This document shows positions 61,590-64,000 of a DNA stretch of 64,000 nt, in pieces. Each line of letters opens with the position of its first letter. The stretch's first letter is position 1. The notes beneath the pieces are model-generated. The model worked only from the letters and a program-made list of their open reading frames with translations. It was not told the origin of the DNA and searched no databases. The stretch spans positions 127,782,001 through 127,846,000 of the forward strand of contig OX597814.1 in the NCBI GenBank assembly GCA_951406725.2, read 5' to 3'. The translations under genes and the position numbers were made by a program. Source of the DNA: Octopus vulgaris (taxonomy: Eukaryota).

Positions 61590-63468
61590 GTATGTGTATT
61601 GTAAGTTGAATATGAAGTTTGAAAAACATGATTTTACTGATCTCATCATTAAAAATGGAGAAGTGAGTAGCTAGATCTCTTCTATTTTGTTTTACCATCC
61701 GTCTGTCTGTTTTGGAAATTAAGTTGAAAAACCAAAGGATATCACACGATGGCATCTATAAAAAAAAGTCTTCATTATAAATGCAACAATGAAATTATTC
61801 TTTTATCAAGCAAGAAACCACATGCTCCAAGTTCTTAATACAAGATAACTTATGTTTTACAGTCAATTATAGGAAGGTAACTACTGTCAAATAAACACAA
61901 CAGAGCATCTTGAAAGGCTGGTAGATACTCAAGTGGTACAATATTGGATTAATTGGTAGAGATTAGTTAATCCTTCTGAGGTATGCCACATAATATAGTC
62001 TTCCAGTCATCTGAAATTTATATTACTAGCAGCATTACTTTTGCCTAAGTAATTCCTCCCTCAATATTTGTGAACCGTCAATAATGCATGTGTTTAGCAT
62101 CACCAAACACTCTTAACAATGGATGCTTTATTAATAGCTATATTGCCTAAAAACAGCTTTGAATCAATTCTCAGGCACTGCACCTCTTTGTCACTTATAG
62201 TATCTACTTCCCAGCACCTCAGTGTTTCCAACTACTATCTCCCCCTCTTCCTCTTTATCCCTTTCATTACCATTGCCACGATTATTGTGAAGAATATTTC
62301 CAATAATATCGATTGGGTTGATTATTTCGATCAGTATTCAATTTTGTCTTTATACAATTTCTTATTCTCCCTTTTAGACGAAATAGTTTAATTTACTGTA
62401 TCTTTACTCATACTTAAGTATCCAAATTATATACAAAAATACATTTGCCTCTGGTTAAAATAATTATTATATATGTTTAGTAGTAATCAATATTGATTCC
62501 TTTTTTTGTGAGATTTGAAGATGCAAATATGGTGTGTTGAAATTTTCAATGGATTTTACTTTGGAGCTGAATAAAATAACTTGATAAATTATTGGCTCAT
62601 TATCAAAACACTGTTTGTACACCAGCAATTTGATGATTTATTTTCTAAGTTGCTAAAGATGGATCAACCTGACAGAATTGAAACTGGTCTGACTGATTCA
62701 TTTTTGTGTATATCTGAAAATATTACATATAAAGAGACAAGAGGTTTCCATCTGTTTATTTCACACAATGTTGGTTCAAATCGATTGGTATATTATGTGG
62801 TGCTGTTTAGCATTAAAAAAATAATTTACTCTTTGTCTTCTGTGATTAAATTCTGGGATTTAAGAACCACGTATATTAGTGAGATGATTTAGAAATAGTG
62901 GTAATTTTTAACCCATTTGTTACCATTTTTCTGTTGGTACATGGTCCGTATGTCATTTAATTTTGAAAATAATAAAGAATTTATTAAAATAATTTTGTCA
63001 TCATTAAGCTGGTGTTTGGAACACAAACTAACATGAAATTTTGATGACAGATATTAAGAATACTTGTATACAGGGAACTTGTATCATACAATCAGGGGTG
63101 GTTTCAGACAGGTTGGTATGAAAAGGAATAAATAAATTTTACCCATTTTCAACTTACTACATACATTATAGAAGAAACACCAAACATTTTCTTTCTTTTT
63201 CTTCTCTCCTTTTTCTTTTCTATCTTTCCTTTATGGAAAATCACTGTTTGAAACGTTGAAATATCCCTTGTTTTTCTTCCTTATAATTAATACAATTAAT
63301 TATGCTGTACTCCTGTTTGTTTTTGTTTTATTTAATTCATGAAACCCTTAAAAATTTTACTGTGTTTTATTTGTTGTCAATATTAACACTAGTGAGAAAT
63401 AATTAGTAGTAAACCCTTATTAGAGAGATATCTAATTCCATTTTTTAAAAAAATGTTTTCTTTTTTAG

Positions 63469-63600
63469 AGCAATCTACTTATCATCCAAAATTTCTTGTT
63501 ATACCTTCAAAATCTTTGTAATGATCTGCTAAAAGCAACAGCTAGTACCAAACTGCAGATAATTCCCAAAAGATGTTATGATGATATTAAAAAAGTGAAA
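63469..63600 (+). CDS. Putative 132-nt host-gene exon (SNLLIIQNFLLYLQNLCNDLLKATASTKLQIIPKRCYDDIKKVK)
   Basis: Acceptor ttttcttttttag, donor gtaagt, open reading frame throughout. Confidence 0.5.
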
Positions 63601-64000
63601 GTAAGTAGCTTCATTCATTTCTTTCATTTCTAATCAATTTTTTTCTCTAAACTGTCATGGTGGTAGTAGTGGTGGTGGAGGGGTATGTAAGGAAGAATAG
63701 CTAGGCTTGCAAATGCCATAAGTACATCATCATCAACTCTTGGATATTACTGTCTTGAGTTCTAGGACTTATAGGGCCGGTCACCCCAGTTTCCATGGCT
63801 TTTAATTGATCAAGAGTATACTGTCGCCCTCTGAACAGGATGTCAGTTTTTTCTAAAAAAAAAGTGAAATAGTATAGTTACAAAACTGATTGACAAAAAC
63901 AATCAGACTAAATTCCAGCAATAATGGAAACTTCCTCTTACCATCCTATTTTACATTGGCATGCAGAACAGAAATTTGTGCTCTTTGTAACAATGATGAT

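Overview
AT-rich, repeat-dominated eukaryotic DNA. The SINE families, (TA)n/(CA)n/(GAT)n tracts and RTE/CR1/Penelope load suggest a coleoid cephalopod, probably Octopus; this is recognition from memory, not a database result. The left ~36 kb is a nest of non-LTR retrotransposons: two young CR1/L2-group LINEs each broken by one stop codon, many RTE relics with a structured 3' module, a Penelope-like element and multimeric tRNA-derived SINEs. 36.5-52.5 kb is LINE-poor, appears CpG-retaining, and carries MITEs and Helitrons. The right end has Tc1/mariner relics and a few probable + strand exons of an unidentified host gene. No prokaryotic system or CRISPR array is present. Most notable signals: (i) a dispersed set of hammerhead-ribozyme motifs in Penelope-type terminal repeats, several as fold-back inverted duplications abutting (TA)n; (ii) a 5.8S rRNA fragment fused to a trimeric SINE inside one apparent target-site duplication; (iii) a SINE/LINE pair sharing a 3' tail; (iv) a variably repeated double-hairpin RNA module at RTE 3' ends; (v) a head-to-tail plus fold-back Helitron structure. 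Coordinates of degraded relics are approximate.
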